Positions 1-9,870 are shown, numbered from the stretch's first letter. The stretch is DNA of 64,000 nucleotides from an uncultured bacterium (GCA_903831305.1 CAIKXE010000004.1:83524-147523), one strand, 5' to 3'. Program-made: numbers and translations. Notes: generated by a model from the letters alone, not told the origin.

Positions 1-7
1 GGAGAGG

Positions 8-1246
8 ATGAAAGGTTTAACAAAATACCACTCCGAATTTATTTCCTCAGAAGATTCAGAGGTCGTTGATTTATGGTTGGCAAACAGCTTTTCTCCAACA
101 ATGGGTTTAAACGGGGTGGTTGTTTATCGTGGTAATGGTGTTGATTTCAAATATGTTTTACACAATAAGGTTGCTGACTATCTAGATGAGTCTAAGGTTA
201 ATGATCTTCAGCCAAGGTGGGTAACCCCACAACTAGGAGTCGCTCTAGATTATGCTCATGATGACACTGGTGTTGGTGCTCAAGTCAGGGTTTATGAGTT
301 AACTGATGATATTTATCGCTATAATTTTAGTAACCGTAATGAAGAAGGGTCTTTGGGAGGAGATAAGGTTGAAGATCATAAATCGTATACCGACGAAGAG
401 GCGGCTAAACTGAAGCTGGAAAAGATGACCAATTTGCAATTGGCGGAAAACTTACTTAATCTTTATGTAGGCAACTCTATGAAGGAATTATCTGGTATTG
501 AGCCAAAAGAAAAAGAGTCTGGTATTATTAAAGACACGGGGGAAAGGGTGAGCTTTATAGAAAGTGAATATGTCCTAAGAAATAAGGATTTGAAAAATAA
601 TTTAGTATCGGTATATACTGAAATTACTGAGGGAAAACATAAAGGTAAGTGGAGAAGAATTTATCAACGACCGGGCTCAAACAATGAGCACCTACCTTTG
701 AAACAATATTTTTCTCATGATGATTTAAATCAGATTAGTTTAAAAACCGTTGCTAATCTTATTGCCAAAGGTAATGATTTTGGTTTTTTACAATTGGTGA
801 AAAATAACCCAGCCGTACTTGCTCAAGCCTTAAAGATGATTGAAACTAGTGGGGTTGATGTTAAAAAAATTCGTAGAGAATATGAGTCGCGGTTTAATCC
901 ATCCGTGGAGGACAAAAAAATTAGATTGATAGAAAAGGCGATTAATGATTTTGTTTTAACCCTGGCTGTTGATAATATTTTAGATCGCCAAAAAGGTATT
1001 AGTCGTACAGAAGAGCAAGAAAAAGATCTTAGGAGTGAGGTGTTACTAAAAAAAGTTAAAAATGTATTTGACCCACTTCATTTTATTTCTAAATATCAAG
1101 ATGGGTTACATCAAAAAAACAGGGAGTCTGTCAGTCAACGATTGTCAAAAAAGAGGGAAGAAATAAAATTAACCACCGATGAAGTTGGAGTTTTATACCA
1201 AGATATTTTAAAAAGATTAGAAGTTGAGTTTACTCTTCCACATTAA
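8..1246 (+). CDS. Hypothetical protein, possible ADP-ribosyltransferase-like N-terminal domain
   Basis: 412-aa ORF preceded by GGAGAGG. Motifs VVYRG, WVTPQLGVALDYA and ESEYVL resemble the R-S-E ART arrangement. The 3' end overlaps the convergent PBP gene by 17 nt. Confidence 0.55.
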   Translation: MKGLTKYHSEFISSEDSEVVDLWLANSFSPTMGLNGVVVYRGNGVDFKYVLHNKVADYLDESKVNDLQPRWVTPQLGVALDYAHDDTGVGAQVRVYELTDDIYRYNFSNRNEEGSLGGDKVEDHKSYTDEEAAKLKLEKMTNLQLAENLLNLYVGNSMKELSGIEPKEKESGIIKDTGERVSFIESEYVLRNKDLKNNLVSVYTEITEGKHKGKWRRIYQRPGSNNEHLPLKQYFSHDDLNQISLKTVANLIAKGNDFGFLQLVKNNPAVLAQALKMIETSGVDVKKIRREYESRFNPSVEDKKIRLIEKAINDFVLTLAVDNILDRQKGISRTEEQEKDLRSEVLLKKVKNVFDPLHFISKYQDGLHQKNRESVSQRLSKKREEIKLTTDEVGVLYQDILKRLEVEFTLPH

Positions 1247-3725
1247 AACTTACTTCCGTTTCACTTCTATTATAAACATAATCAGTGGCGAGGATTTTTA
1301 GAGTATTTGTGGTACTGATGGCTTTTATGTTTGCTGGAGTAAAAGAAAAAAGGAAAGGAGAAACAGAGGAAGAGCCAATATAGGTACTGTTTAAATAAAA
1401 ATCTAATTTAGAAATCGGGAAAGTATTCTGACTCGTGGTTTGGATAATTATTTTTTGGTTTATGTTATAAGTTTGGTTTTCAACTGGGCTGACAATGATG
1501 ACCTTGGGGCTTCGGGCGGGGGTGTGAATATCATCTTTGGTGGCGGGCTTTATAGGTTGAGTTAGGCTCTGCGTTTTTAGCCATTGTTGTACTGGATATT
1601 CCCAGTGATCAAATTGCGGATCGTCACTAGGGTTTTCCGGTACCGCGCCCCAAGGGTCGGCTTTGTTTACCCAGTATAATATTTCGTGTACATCTGGAAT
1701 ATAGACTTCTACTTTGGTTTCATCCGGGGTAAATTCTGTGGCCAATTTGCCAGATATTTTATCAACCGTAAAAAAATCATAACCTTGCCAAACACCTCGG
1801 AAAACTGGTTTTATTTCCTTGCTCGTTGGGGTTGGAGCCGTAAAATATTCTTTAGAAAAAGAGGGTAGAGCTTCATCCATAAAAGCGCGCCACATGGGAG
1901 CAATAACCATGCCAGCCACCTTTTTATCAATAGAGGTATTGTCATTGTTTCCCGCCCAAGACCCTACTACCAAGTTTGGGGTATAACCAACAATCCAAAC
2001 GTCACGGAAGTCGTTTGTTGTACCAGTTTTAACCGCCACTTGTCGGTCGGAAAAATAAAGAGGGGACCGCGTGCCATAGGCGGGGGTTCTGGCTATGTTG
2101 TCTGACAGAATATCAGATATTTTATTAGCACTTTCCTCAGATAAAACTGCTTCCGGGTTATAAGTAGCTTGTTCTAGTATTTCACCGATTGAATTTTCTA
2201 CTTTCAGAATAGAGAGATAAGGGTTTCTTACGCCGGCATTGGCAAAGACCCCATAAGCACTAGTGAGTTCTAAGGGCGAGACTTCGCCACCTCCTAACAC
2301 CAATGTCAGACCATACTGATTAGCATCACCAAGGCTAGTAATACCCATGTTGCGAGCGGTGTCTAAAGAGTCCTTCACACCAGCGAGGTAGAGGGCTTTA
2401 ATGGATGGAATGTTTCGGCTTTGGGCTAGGGCATCGCGCAGAGTTATAGGCCCTAAATATTTGCTATCATAATTTTCCGGCATATAACAATCTTCAGGAT
2501 TGGTGTCACCTATTGGTTTGCCTTGAGCAGTACAGGTGGTTTGAAATTCGGTTGGTAGGTCAAAAAGAACGGTTTCCGGGGTATAACCCTTATTAAAGGC
2601 GGTGGCATAAACAAAGGGTTTAAAGGTAGAACCTGGTTGGCGGTGAGCAAGGGCGACATTAAAGTTTCCCTGTATTTCTTTGTCAAAGTAGTCACGAGAA
2701 CCCACCATCACTAGTATTTCACCGGTTTTGGGATCAATAGCTACTAAGGCCGCATTTTCCGCATTATAACTTATCTTATTTTCTAAAGCGTATTTTTTTA
2801 CCACCGCTTCGGCTTTGGCTTGCAAATCATAATTTAAGGTAGTTATTACTTTTAGGCCGTCCTCTCGAACTGCTTTTTCTCCATATTTATCCTCTAAATA
2901 TTGTCTGACATATTCCACAAAGTGGGCAGCTTTGATACCGTTTGATTGCTTTGGTTGAAAAATCACCACTTCAGCCTTAGCGGTTTTATACTCAACGTCG
3001 GTAATCATTTTGTTTTCTAATAGTCGGGACAAGACTAGATTTTTTCGGTTGTCTAACTTATCTTTATTGTTTCCATAGGGAGAATAATAGGTTGGGGCGT
3101 TTGGGATGGCGGCCAGATAGGCCGCTTCGGCTAGGGTAACTGAAGCTGCGTTTTTCTTAAAGAAGGTCTGAGCGGCTTCTTCTACTCCATAAATACTACC
3201 ACCATAAGGATTTTCGTTTAGGTAGACGGACAGTATTTCGTCCTTACTCATAATGTTCTCTAGTCTGATGGCAAGTACCCACTCTTTTATTTTTCTAGAA
3301 ATAGCATATTCAGAAGTTAGTAAAGAATTTTTTACAACTTGTTGAGTAATGGTAGAGCCCCCTCCGACCCCGCCCATAAGGTGGGCCAAAGTGGCGCGAA
3401 TGATGGCCTTGATCTCTATCCCACCATGGCTATAAAAACCGGTATCCTCAATGGCGATGGTGGCATTTTTAATATAAGGGGAGATTTTTTCAAAGGAGAC
3501 AACCTGTCTTTTAATGTCTTGATTGAGGTCAAAAAGTAGTATTTCTCCGGTTCGATCATAGATTTTAGTGCTTTGGGAGACCGTTCTTTCTTCAAAAGAA
3601 CGCAAGTCTGGCATTTTAAAGGTAGAAATCCAGAAAGTGATAATACCCAAGCCAATAAAGCCTAGGCTGGCCAAGTAAATAATAGCTTTTTTATAGTGTT
3701 TTTTGATATGTCTCATAATTATCAT
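1230..3725 (-). CDS. Class A penicillin-binding protein (transglycosylase/transpeptidase) with C-terminal Ig-like domain
   Basis: N-terminal TM; EDTGFYSHGG and GGSTITQQVVKN transglycosylase motifs; SxxK (STFK), SxN (SRN) and KTG motifs. Confidence 0.95.
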   Translation of the reverse strand: MIIMRHIKKHYKKAIIYLASLGFIGLGIITFWISTFKMPDLRSFEERTVSQSTKIYDRTGEILLFDLNQDIKRQVVSFEKISPYIKNATIAIEDTGFYSHGGIEIKAIIRATLAHLMGGVGGGSTITQQVVKNSLLTSEYAISRKIKEWVLAIRLENIMSKDEILSVYLNENPYGGSIYGVEEAAQTFFKKNAASVTLAEAAYLAAIPNAPTYYSPYGNNKDKLDNRKNLVLSRLLENKMITDVEYKTAKAEVVIFQPKQSNGIKAAHFVEYVRQYLEDKYGEKAVREDGLKVITTLNYDLQAKAEAVVKKYALENKISYNAENAALVAIDPKTGEILVMVGSRDYFDKEIQGNFNVALAHRQPGSTFKPFVYATAFNKGYTPETVLFDLPTEFQTTCTAQGKPIGDTNPEDCYMPENYDSKYLGPITLRDALAQSRNIPSIKALYLAGVKDSLDTARNMGITSLGDANQYGLTLVLGGGEVSPLELTSAYGVFANAGVRNPYLSILKVENSIGEILEQATYNPEAVLSEESANKISDILSDNIARTPAYGTRSPLYFSDRQVAVKTGTTNDFRDVWIVGYTPNLVVGSWAGNNDNTSIDKKVAGMVIAPMWRAFMDEALPSFSKEYFTAPTPTSKEIKPVFRGVWQGYDFFTVDKISGKLATEFTPDETKVEVYIPDVHEILYWVNKADPWGAVPENPSDDPQFDHWEYPVQQWLKTQSLTQPIKPATKDDIHTPARSPKVIIVSPVENQTYNINQKIIIQTTSQNTFPISKLDFYLNSTYIGSSSVSPFLFSFTPANIKAISTTNTLKILATDYVYNRSETEVSFNVEE

Positions 3726-3778
3726 TATTGTAGCATAAATTTCGGGACAAAGTAAAAAAAATATGTTAGATTTTAATT

Positions 3779-4981
3779 ATGAAAATAGACACTAATATAA
3801 AAAAAATAGATGAATTTCTTACTCGCGCTGTTGAGCATATTTATCCTAACGAAGATTTTTTAAGAAAGAAGCTTTTGTCAGGAGAAAGGCAGACCGTTTA
3901 TTTAGGAATTGATCCAACTGGCCCAACTTTGCATATGGGGCACGCCGTAGTTTTAAAAAAACTTCGAGACCTCCAAAGACTTGGCCACAAAATTATTCTT
4001 TTGATTGGTGATTTTACTGCGACAATTGGTGATCCAGACAAGCTTTCCGTCCGTAAGCCGCTTACAAGAAAGGAAGTCTTAAATAATGCTAAATATTATA
4101 AAAAACAAGCCTCAAGGTTTTTGAATTTTGGTTGGGGTGGTGCTGAGTTAAAGTATAATTCCAAATGGTTGGCCAGTCTTTCTTTTGAGGATTTGTTAAA
4201 ACTTTCTTCCCACCTTACTTATTCTCAGGTCATTAAGCGCTCAATGTTTCAGGAGCGTATAAAGGAGGATCGGGACATATATCTTAATGAGTTTATGTAT
4301 CCGCTTATGCAGGGTTATGACTCTGTGGTCATGAATGTTGATGGTGAGATAGGAGGAAATGACCAAGTTTATAATATGTTGGTTGGACGTGATCTTATAA
4401 AAAAGATAAATAATAAAGAAAAGTTTGTTATCGGGACAAAGTTATTAGTTGATCCAACCGGAGTTAAGATGGGTAAGACCACTGGTAATATGATTACTAT
4501 GCAGGATAACGCCTCGGATATTTTTGGTAAGGTAATGAGCTGGCCGGATTCAATGCTTCTTCTGGGGTTTGAATTATGCACTGATGTCTCAATGGAGGAA
4601 ATAGAAAAGATCAAACAACAGATTTTAGCCGGGGTAAACCCACGAGATTTGAAAGTGCACTTGGCTAAGGAGATTGTCACTATTTACCATAGCCGAGCAG
4701 AGGCGGATAAAGCGGAGGCGGATTTTGTGAAGACTTTTAAAGAGGGCGGCCTGCCAGAAAAGATTGATGAGGTGTCAGCGGCTAACGGGGAATTACTTTC
4801 TGAACTTTCCGTTAAAGCCGGTTTGGTAAAATCCAAGGGGGAGTTTAGACGCCTGGTGCTTGAGGGGGCGGTGGCTAATCAGGAGACAGGAGATAAAATA
4901 AGCGACCCAAACTGGAAAGTTATTTCTACCGCCATATTTAAAATTGGGAAAAGGCGTTTTTTGAAGGTTGTGATTAAGTAA
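3779..4981 (+). CDS. tyrS: Tyrosine--tRNA ligase
   Basis: GIDPTGPTLHMGH (HIGH), YPLMQGYD, GGNDQ, KMGKT (KMSKS) and a C-terminal S4 domain. Confidence 0.97.
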   Translation: MKIDTNIKKIDEFLTRAVEHIYPNEDFLRKKLLSGERQTVYLGIDPTGPTLHMGHAVVLKKLRDLQRLGHKIILLIGDFTATIGDPDKLSVRKPLTRKEVLNNAKYYKKQASRFLNFGWGGAELKYNSKWLASLSFEDLLKLSSHLTYSQVIKRSMFQERIKEDRDIYLNEFMYPLMQGYDSVVMNVDGEIGGNDQVYNMLVGRDLIKKINNKEKFVIGTKLLVDPTGVKMGKTTGNMITMQDNASDIFGKVMSWPDSMLLLGFELCTDVSMEEIEKIKQQILAGVNPRDLKVHLAKEIVTIYHSRAEADKAEADFVKTFKEGGLPEKIDEVSAANGELLSELSVKAGLVKSKGEFRRLVLEGAVANQETGDKISDPNWKVISTAIFKIGKRRFLKVVIK

Positions 4982-4983
4982 GT

Positions 4984-5162
4984 AAAAAAGAGAAGATTGT
5001 TTGATTTTAAAATGTCTGGCCGAAGTTCTGACGAGGTGAGGATTGGTATGGGACCCAATCCGCAAGACTCATTGAGAGATTCTGTCTTCAGAAGATCCAA
5101 TGAGTGGACTGCCTCTGTAAGAGGATCCGAGGACTTTTAAAATTAAATAATCTTCTCTTTTT
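4984..5162 (+). repeat. Long inverted repeat (~30-bp arms) enclosing a 110-nt structured GC-richer insert
   Basis: Arm AAAAAAGAGAAGATTGTTTGATTTTAAAATGTC pairs with GACTTTTAAAATTAAATAATCTTCTCTTTTTT using G-U pairs. The inner arms match 57610-57651 on the opposite strand. Confidence 0.85.
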
Positions 5163-5171
5163 GTTTTGCCA

Positions 5172-5249
5172 AAATAAAAACCCCAGGAAAATCCTCTTCG
5201 TTTAACGTCAGAACTAATCACTACGAGGAAATTCCTGGGGTTTTTATTT
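5172..5249. terminator. Inverted repeat / terminator of the small acidic ORF
   Basis: AAATAAAAACCCCAGGAA ... TTCCTGGGGTTTTTATTT, 18-bp arms with a ~40-nt loop. Confidence 0.7.
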
Positions 5250-5256
5250 AATTAGA

Positions 5257-5433
5257 TTAAAAATTATCAACGTCATTATATTCGCTAAACTCTTCCGTAA
5301 AGGTATCCTCCACAATCGCCGGATCAATCACGGCATCATCGCCGATCGGGCCATCTTCTTCGGTGGACTCCTTACCCCCTTTCTTTTTGGTGATGACTTC
5401 ATCATCAACCACTACGCCTTTTTTCTTTGCCAT
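5257..5433 (-). CDS. Small protein (58 aa) with basic N-terminus and acidic C-terminus; not in ORF track
   Basis: Translates to MAKKKGVVVDDEVITKKKGGKESTEEDGPIGDDAVIDPAIVEDTFTEEFSEYNDVDNF* and is followed by a terminator. Confidence 0.7.
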   Translation of the reverse strand: MAKKKGVVVDDEVITKKKGGKESTEEDGPIGDDAVIDPAIVEDTFTEEFSEYNDVDNF

Positions 5434-5609
5434 TTGTTCTGTTAAATTTTCTACTATGACTTGGATTTACCCAAGCTTTATAGAAACTTTTTATTAAACT
5501 TGTAATTTATTTTATCCCACTAAAAGTATCTTAATGAGAAGATTTTTATATTAATAGCAAATTTGAAAATGTTTGCAAGGGGTCAAGGGTATAACCCCTG
5601 TGGAAAACT

Positions 5610-6083
5610 CTATTGTCGGTGGCAGGCAAAGTAGGTGAGACCGGTGGCGATGGCATCATACTCATCGTCATATTTGATTTTTTCGGTTATTGTTATGAGC
5701 TTTTTTACCATCATTATGACTTGGCTCTTATCACTTTTACCATAACCAGTGACCGCTACTTTTATTTGTAGGGGGGTAAATTCTTTTATATCCAAATTAT
5801 TTTTAGCGGCCTCGTAAAGCATTACTCCCCGGGCTTCAGATACCCGCATGGCGGTTTTGGCGTTGGTTTTAAAAAAGAGGGTCTCAATCGCCAGGGCCTC
5901 TGGCGCATATTTTTTAATTAAAGTGGATATTTCTATACCAATCAGGTGCAGTCTCTCTTCGGCGGTCTCGGTGGCCAAAGTTTTAAAACATTCAGAAAAA
6001 AGAAGGACTTCTTTTCCGTTGTTTTTTTCGAGGATAGCAATACCCACTCGTTCATAACCAGGATCAATGGCAATAATTTTCAT
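5610..6083 (-). CDS. ruvC: Crossover junction endodeoxyribonuclease RuvC
   Basis: MKIIAIDPGY, E-LFF, VTGYGKSDKSQV and DDEYDAIA motifs. Start set at the ATG 6 nt after TGTTATAAT. Confidence 0.95.
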   Translation of the reverse strand: MKIIAIDPGYERVGIAILEKNNGKEVLLFSECFKTLATETAEERLHLIGIEISTLIKKYAPEALAIETLFFKTNAKTAMRVSEARGVMLYEAAKNNLDIKEFTPLQIKVAVTGYGKSDKSQVIMMVKKLITITEKIKYDDEYDAIATGLTYFACHRQ

Positions 6084-6100
6084 ATTATGATTATAACACA

Positions 6101-6148
6101 ACCGCCCCGGTCATCAGAATGACCACCCCGCCTTAACTAAGGCGGGGA
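6101..6148. repeat. Twin-hairpin repeat, copy 1 (ruvC upstream)
   Basis: ACCGCCCCGGTCATCAGAATGACCACCCCGCCTTAACTAAGGCGGGG; near-identical to 20584-20630, and the second hairpin is also present at ~12995-13016. Confidence 0.85.
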
Positions 6149-6170
6149 TTAGTTGGAATAATAGTAGCTA

Positions 6171-6695
6171 TTATTCTGCATTCGTATAAATTTCCTGCAC
6201 CTCATCATTGTCTTCTAGCTCTTCAATCAGTTTGTCTAATTTGAAGCCATCTTCTTCGGAAATTTCTACCATGGTATTTGGCATATAGCCTTCAGGGGTT
6301 TTAGTAAAAGCCCAAGAGGCACTCCCTGGAGCAGCCAAGGCACAGCCATTGGCGGAAAGAATGTGTTTGATTTCGCCAGCCGCCTTATTCCTATTATCCG
6401 TCAAAGCTTCAATCATCAGAGCTACTCCGCCTGGGCCGTAAGCCTCATACATGATGGATTCCATCTGTGTGGCATTGTCACTCTTTTTTAAGGCGCGTTC
6501 AATATTTTCATTTGGCACATTGTATTCCCGCGCCTTCTTAACCGCGGCTTGCACACCAGCCGCTTTGATATCACCGTTAGCTTTTTTAATTTCCACACCA
6601 ATCACCTTGGCCATCTTGGTATAGATTTTACCCTTACGGGCATCAGTGACCATTTTCTTATTCTTGATTTTTGACCATTTATTATGTCCAGACAT
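6171..6695 (-). CDS. yebC: YebC/PmpR family protein (short, 174 aa)
   Basis: MSGHNKWSKIK, YEAYGPGG, TDNRN and the C-terminal DDEVQ-like EDNDEVQEIYTN; adjacent to ruvC and ruvB. Confidence 0.93.
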   Translation of the reverse strand: MSGHNKWSKIKNKKMVTDARKGKIYTKMAKVIGVEIKKANGDIKAAGVQAAVKKAREYNVPNENIERALKKSDNATQMESIMYEAYGPGGVALMIEALTDNRNKAAGEIKHILSANGCALAAPGSASWAFTKTPEGYMPNTMVEISEEDGFKLDKLIEELEDNDEVQEIYTNAE

Positions 6696-6714
6696 ATTAT
6701 TTTAGAAAATATTT

Positions 6715-7776
6715 TTATAAAAGTTTATTCGGGTTCTTTAACTTGAGATGCTGCTTGGCGCGCTCGGTGATGGTCCGGCCACGGGAAGTCCTCTCAATAA
6801 AACCAAGTTGAAGCAGGTATGGTTCATACACATCTTCAATCGTCGCTTGTTCTTCTGACAGAGCGGCGGCTAGGGTGTTTAGCCCTACTGGCCCACCGTT
6901 AAACTTTTCTTCAATCACGGTGAGGAGGGCGCGGTCAGTGGCATTCAAGCCCACCTCATCAATCCCCAGGAGGTTAAGGGCCTCCATCACGGTTTCTTTA
7001 GATAATTTACTCTCTCGGACTTGAGCCAAATCCCGGCTTCTCTTTAACAAATAGTTGGCAGTGCGGGGAGTAAACCTACTTCTCTTAGCAATCTCAGTTT
7101 TGGCTTCGGTCTCAATATCCACTTTTAGTATTTTAGCGGAGCGATGAATAATTTCCTCTATTTCTTCATTAGTATAAAATTCTAGTTTAAAAACTCCACC
7201 GGAAAAACGCGAACGGAGCGGGGCCGAGAGTAGGGCAATACGAGTGGTGGCGGCAATTAAAGTAAAAGGGGGGAGATCAAGCTGAATTGTTCTAGCTGAT
7301 GGTCCCTTACCAATAATAATATCCAGAGAGCCGGACTCCATGGCCGGGTAGAGCACCTCTTCAATTGCTTTATTGAGTCGGTGAATCTCATCAATGAATA
7401 AAATATCACCGGGGGATAGGTTTGTCAGGATACTTGCTAGGTCACCCACCTTTTCTATGGCGGGACCGGAGGTCGCTTTGAGCTGAGCGCGAGTTTCTTT
7501 GGCAATTAAATGGGCCAGGGTGGTTTTACCGAGTCCGGGCGGACCATAAAAAAGTAAATGTTCTGGCGGGTGCTTCCTTTGAGCCGCGGCCGTTAGCAAA
7601 ATTTGCAGATTATCTTTGATGTTCTTCTGGCCGATATAGTCCTTCCAAATAGTGGGCCTAAGGGTCTGATCTAGGAAGTTTACATCCCCTTCACGGCTAG
7701 CCACTACGTCCGTATCCTGGCTTGTTTGTTCAGTCTTTTGACTTTTAGTAATAGAATCTTTGTTTTTGCTTGACAT
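6715..7776 (-). CDS. ruvB: Holliday junction branch migration helicase RuvB
   Basis: LRP, GPPGLGKTT, DEIHR and GFIERTSRGR motifs. Confidence 0.97.
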   Translation of the reverse strand: MSSKNKDSITKSQKTEQTSQDTDVVASREGDVNFLDQTLRPTIWKDYIGQKNIKDNLQILLTAAAQRKHPPEHLLFYGPPGLGKTTLAHLIAKETRAQLKATSGPAIEKVGDLASILTNLSPGDILFIDEIHRLNKAIEEVLYPAMESGSLDIIIGKGPSARTIQLDLPPFTLIAATTRIALLSAPLRSRFSGGVFKLEFYTNEEIEEIIHRSAKILKVDIETEAKTEIAKRSRFTPRTANYLLKRSRDLAQVRESKLSKETVMEALNLLGIDEVGLNATDRALLTVIEEKFNGGPVGLNTLAAALSEEQATIEDVYEPYLLQLGFIERTSRGRTITERAKQHLKLKNPNKLL

Positions 7777-7845
7777 ATTTTTTGTTTTATGCTAAGCTAC
7801 TATAAGAAGCCTATGGTGCGTGTCGGAGGCTTTTTTTTGTACCTT

Positions 7846-8014
7846 TCCAGAGTATAAATCTCTAAGCAATTGGATCGTTTGCGCGGTTTACGAATTTTTC
7901 CGAGAGGACGGCCTGGTCTACACCTTCGGGTGCTCTGCGAGACCTATCCTTTAAGAACTGTTTAACTTTTGGTATCTAATATTGAAAGTATTGCTTAGAG
8001 ATTTATGTTCTGGA
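7846..8014 (+). repeat. 25-bp inverted repeat enclosing a structured ~120-nt interior (candidate ncRNA or miniature element)
   Basis: TCCAGAGTATAAATCTCTAAGCAAT pairs with ATTGCTTAGAGATTTATGTTCTGGA with two G-U pairs. Inner helices GGTCT/AGACC and CACC-TTCG-GGTG. Confidence 0.75.
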
Positions 8015-8102
8015 TTCTCTATTTCTTTATACTAGAACTATTTTTAATATTTGCAACTGTGGAAAAGTTTTAAGACACAAGATTTTACTCTAGTGAAGCT
8101 GA

Positions 8103-9788
8103 TTAGTCACGACTTTCAATATCAATCACCCGCCCAAGCTCATCGAGTGAGCTTACTCCCTTCAAAATTCTGATCACGCCGTCTTGTTTCATATCTAAAA
8201 GATTTTGTGAGGCAGCCGCGGCCTTGATATCGCGATCCGAAGGGTTGTTAATAATAGCGTCCTCCACTTCCTTTTTCATCAAAATTACTTCTGTAATAGC
8301 AATACGCCCTTTATAGCCAGTTTTGTGACAGACTTCACAACCCACTGCTTGCCAGATCTTTTCAGTTTGAATATTAGCTAAATAAGTCTTGTCAGTAATA
8401 GTGGAGAGGGTGTGGTCAATAAATTCTTTTTCCTTGGCTGTTGGGGTGACCTGCGCTTTACAGTTGTTGCAGAGTTTTCTGATAAGTCTCTGGGCCATGG
8501 CCACGTTGATAGCGGAAGAAATAATTTTTGGGTTCACTCCGAGGTCAATCAGACGGGGGAAAGCACCCGCGGCGGTGTTGGTGTGCAAAGTAGAGAAGAC
8601 CAGGTGACCAGTCAAGGCGGAGTTGATAGCGATAGTAGCGGTTTCACCATCACGGATTTCTCCCACCATTATTACATCTGGATCCTGGCGCAAGGCGGAA
8701 CGCAAACCTGAAAGAAAAGTATAATCTTTTTCTTCTTCTACTTGGGTTTGGACAATACCTGGTAGGTGATATTCGATCGGATCTTCAATGGTAATTATCT
8801 TTACATCAGGAGAGCTGATCTTTTTCATAAAAGCATAGAGGGTCGTGGTTTTACCAGAGCCGGTGGGACCCGTGATGAGGAGCATGCCGTTTGGTCTCTT
8901 GATTTGTTCCAGTAAGGATTTTAAAGTGCGGTCTTCAATCCCAAGCTCTTCGATCGGCACAGCAATTGATTTTGGGTTTAAAAGTCTCATCACAATACTT
9001 TCATTATAGGCACCTGGTAAAACAGAGGAGCGGATTTCAATATCGTTATCTTGTATTTTGACACTAAAACGCCCATCCTGGGAGGTATTTTTTATGTTTA
9101 ATTTCATCCCGGACAATAATTTTATGCGGGACAAAAGTAATTCGTATGTATCAGTATCAAATTCAAAGACACTGATGAGCACGCCATCCAGTCTGAAGCG
9201 GATCCGGACATAAGCTTCTTCTGGCTCCACGTGAATATCAGAAGCGGAGAGGGCCAGGGCACCAGCGATCATTACTTCCATCATCTTGGAAATCTTATAA
9301 GCCTTTTTAAGGGACAAAATTTCCTTGATAATAGCTGTAACATCATCAACCTTTTTGATTTTATTCATATATTGAAGCACTTGGTCGGTAGAAATATCAA
9401 AAGTTCCGGCTGTGCTGTTTACTGCGTAAGATAAATCCTTATAGCGGTCCCAAGCCTTTGCTAGGCTAGCGGTGGTGGCCATGCTGGTCTGTATTTTATA
9501 ACCTTCATCAGCTAATTTTTTTAAAATAATGATTGCCTTATCATTCTTGGGTGAAAATACAGCGACTTGGATTTTTTTACCCACTTTTTCATAAACCGCT
9601 ATCTTTGCCTCACGAGCAAGCTCCTCCGGAATCAAACGAAGGGCGTCAGTATTTATCGGCACCGGCTTAAGATCAATAAAATTTAAACCATACCTAGTGG
9701 CTAGAATACGAATAACATCGTCTTCCTCTTTTTTATAGAGCTCTTCTAGACGCTTGGCTTGTTTATCTTCGTTAGCAAAGTCTGACAT
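8103..9788 (-). CDS. Type IV pilus assembly ATPase (GspE/PulE/PilB family)
   Basis: ASDIHVEP, GPTGSGKTTT, TIEDPIE, LRQDPDVIMVGEIRD, TGHLVFSTLHTN and two CxxC pairs. Confidence 0.95.
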   Translation of the reverse strand: MSDFANEDKQAKRLEELYKKEEDDVIRILATRYGLNFIDLKPVPINTDALRLIPEELAREAKIAVYEKVGKKIQVAVFSPKNDKAIIILKKLADEGYKIQTSMATTASLAKAWDRYKDLSYAVNSTAGTFDISTDQVLQYMNKIKKVDDVTAIIKEILSLKKAYKISKMMEVMIAGALALSASDIHVEPEEAYVRIRFRLDGVLISVFEFDTDTYELLLSRIKLLSGMKLNIKNTSQDGRFSVKIQDNDIEIRSSVLPGAYNESIVMRLLNPKSIAVPIEELGIEDRTLKSLLEQIKRPNGMLLITGPTGSGKTTTLYAFMKKISSPDVKIITIEDPIEYHLPGIVQTQVEEEKDYTFLSGLRSALRQDPDVIMVGEIRDGETATIAINSALTGHLVFSTLHTNTAAGAFPRLIDLGVNPKIISSAINVAMAQRLIRKLCNNCKAQVTPTAKEKEFIDHTLSTITDKTYLANIQTEKIWQAVGCEVCHKTGYKGRIAITEVILMKKEVEDAIINNPSDRDIKAAAASQNLLDMKQDGVIRILKGVSSLDELGRVIDIESRD

Positions 9789-9841
9789 ACCAATATTATA
9801 ACATAAATGAATTTTAGATGTTAGGTTATAAGTATACTTTA

Positions 9842-9870
9842 TTGACAGATAATAGAGTGTGTGCTACTAT
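9842..9870 (+). promoter_or_regulatory. Sigma70 promoter for the GC-rich lipoprotein gene
   Basis: TTGACA, 17-nt spacer, TACTAT with extended TG. Confidence 0.7.

Noticed and set aside
5022-5128. CTGACGA in the tyrS-downstream insert as a hammerhead core
   Set aside because: No stem II followed by GAAA and no matching stem III or NUH site could be found.
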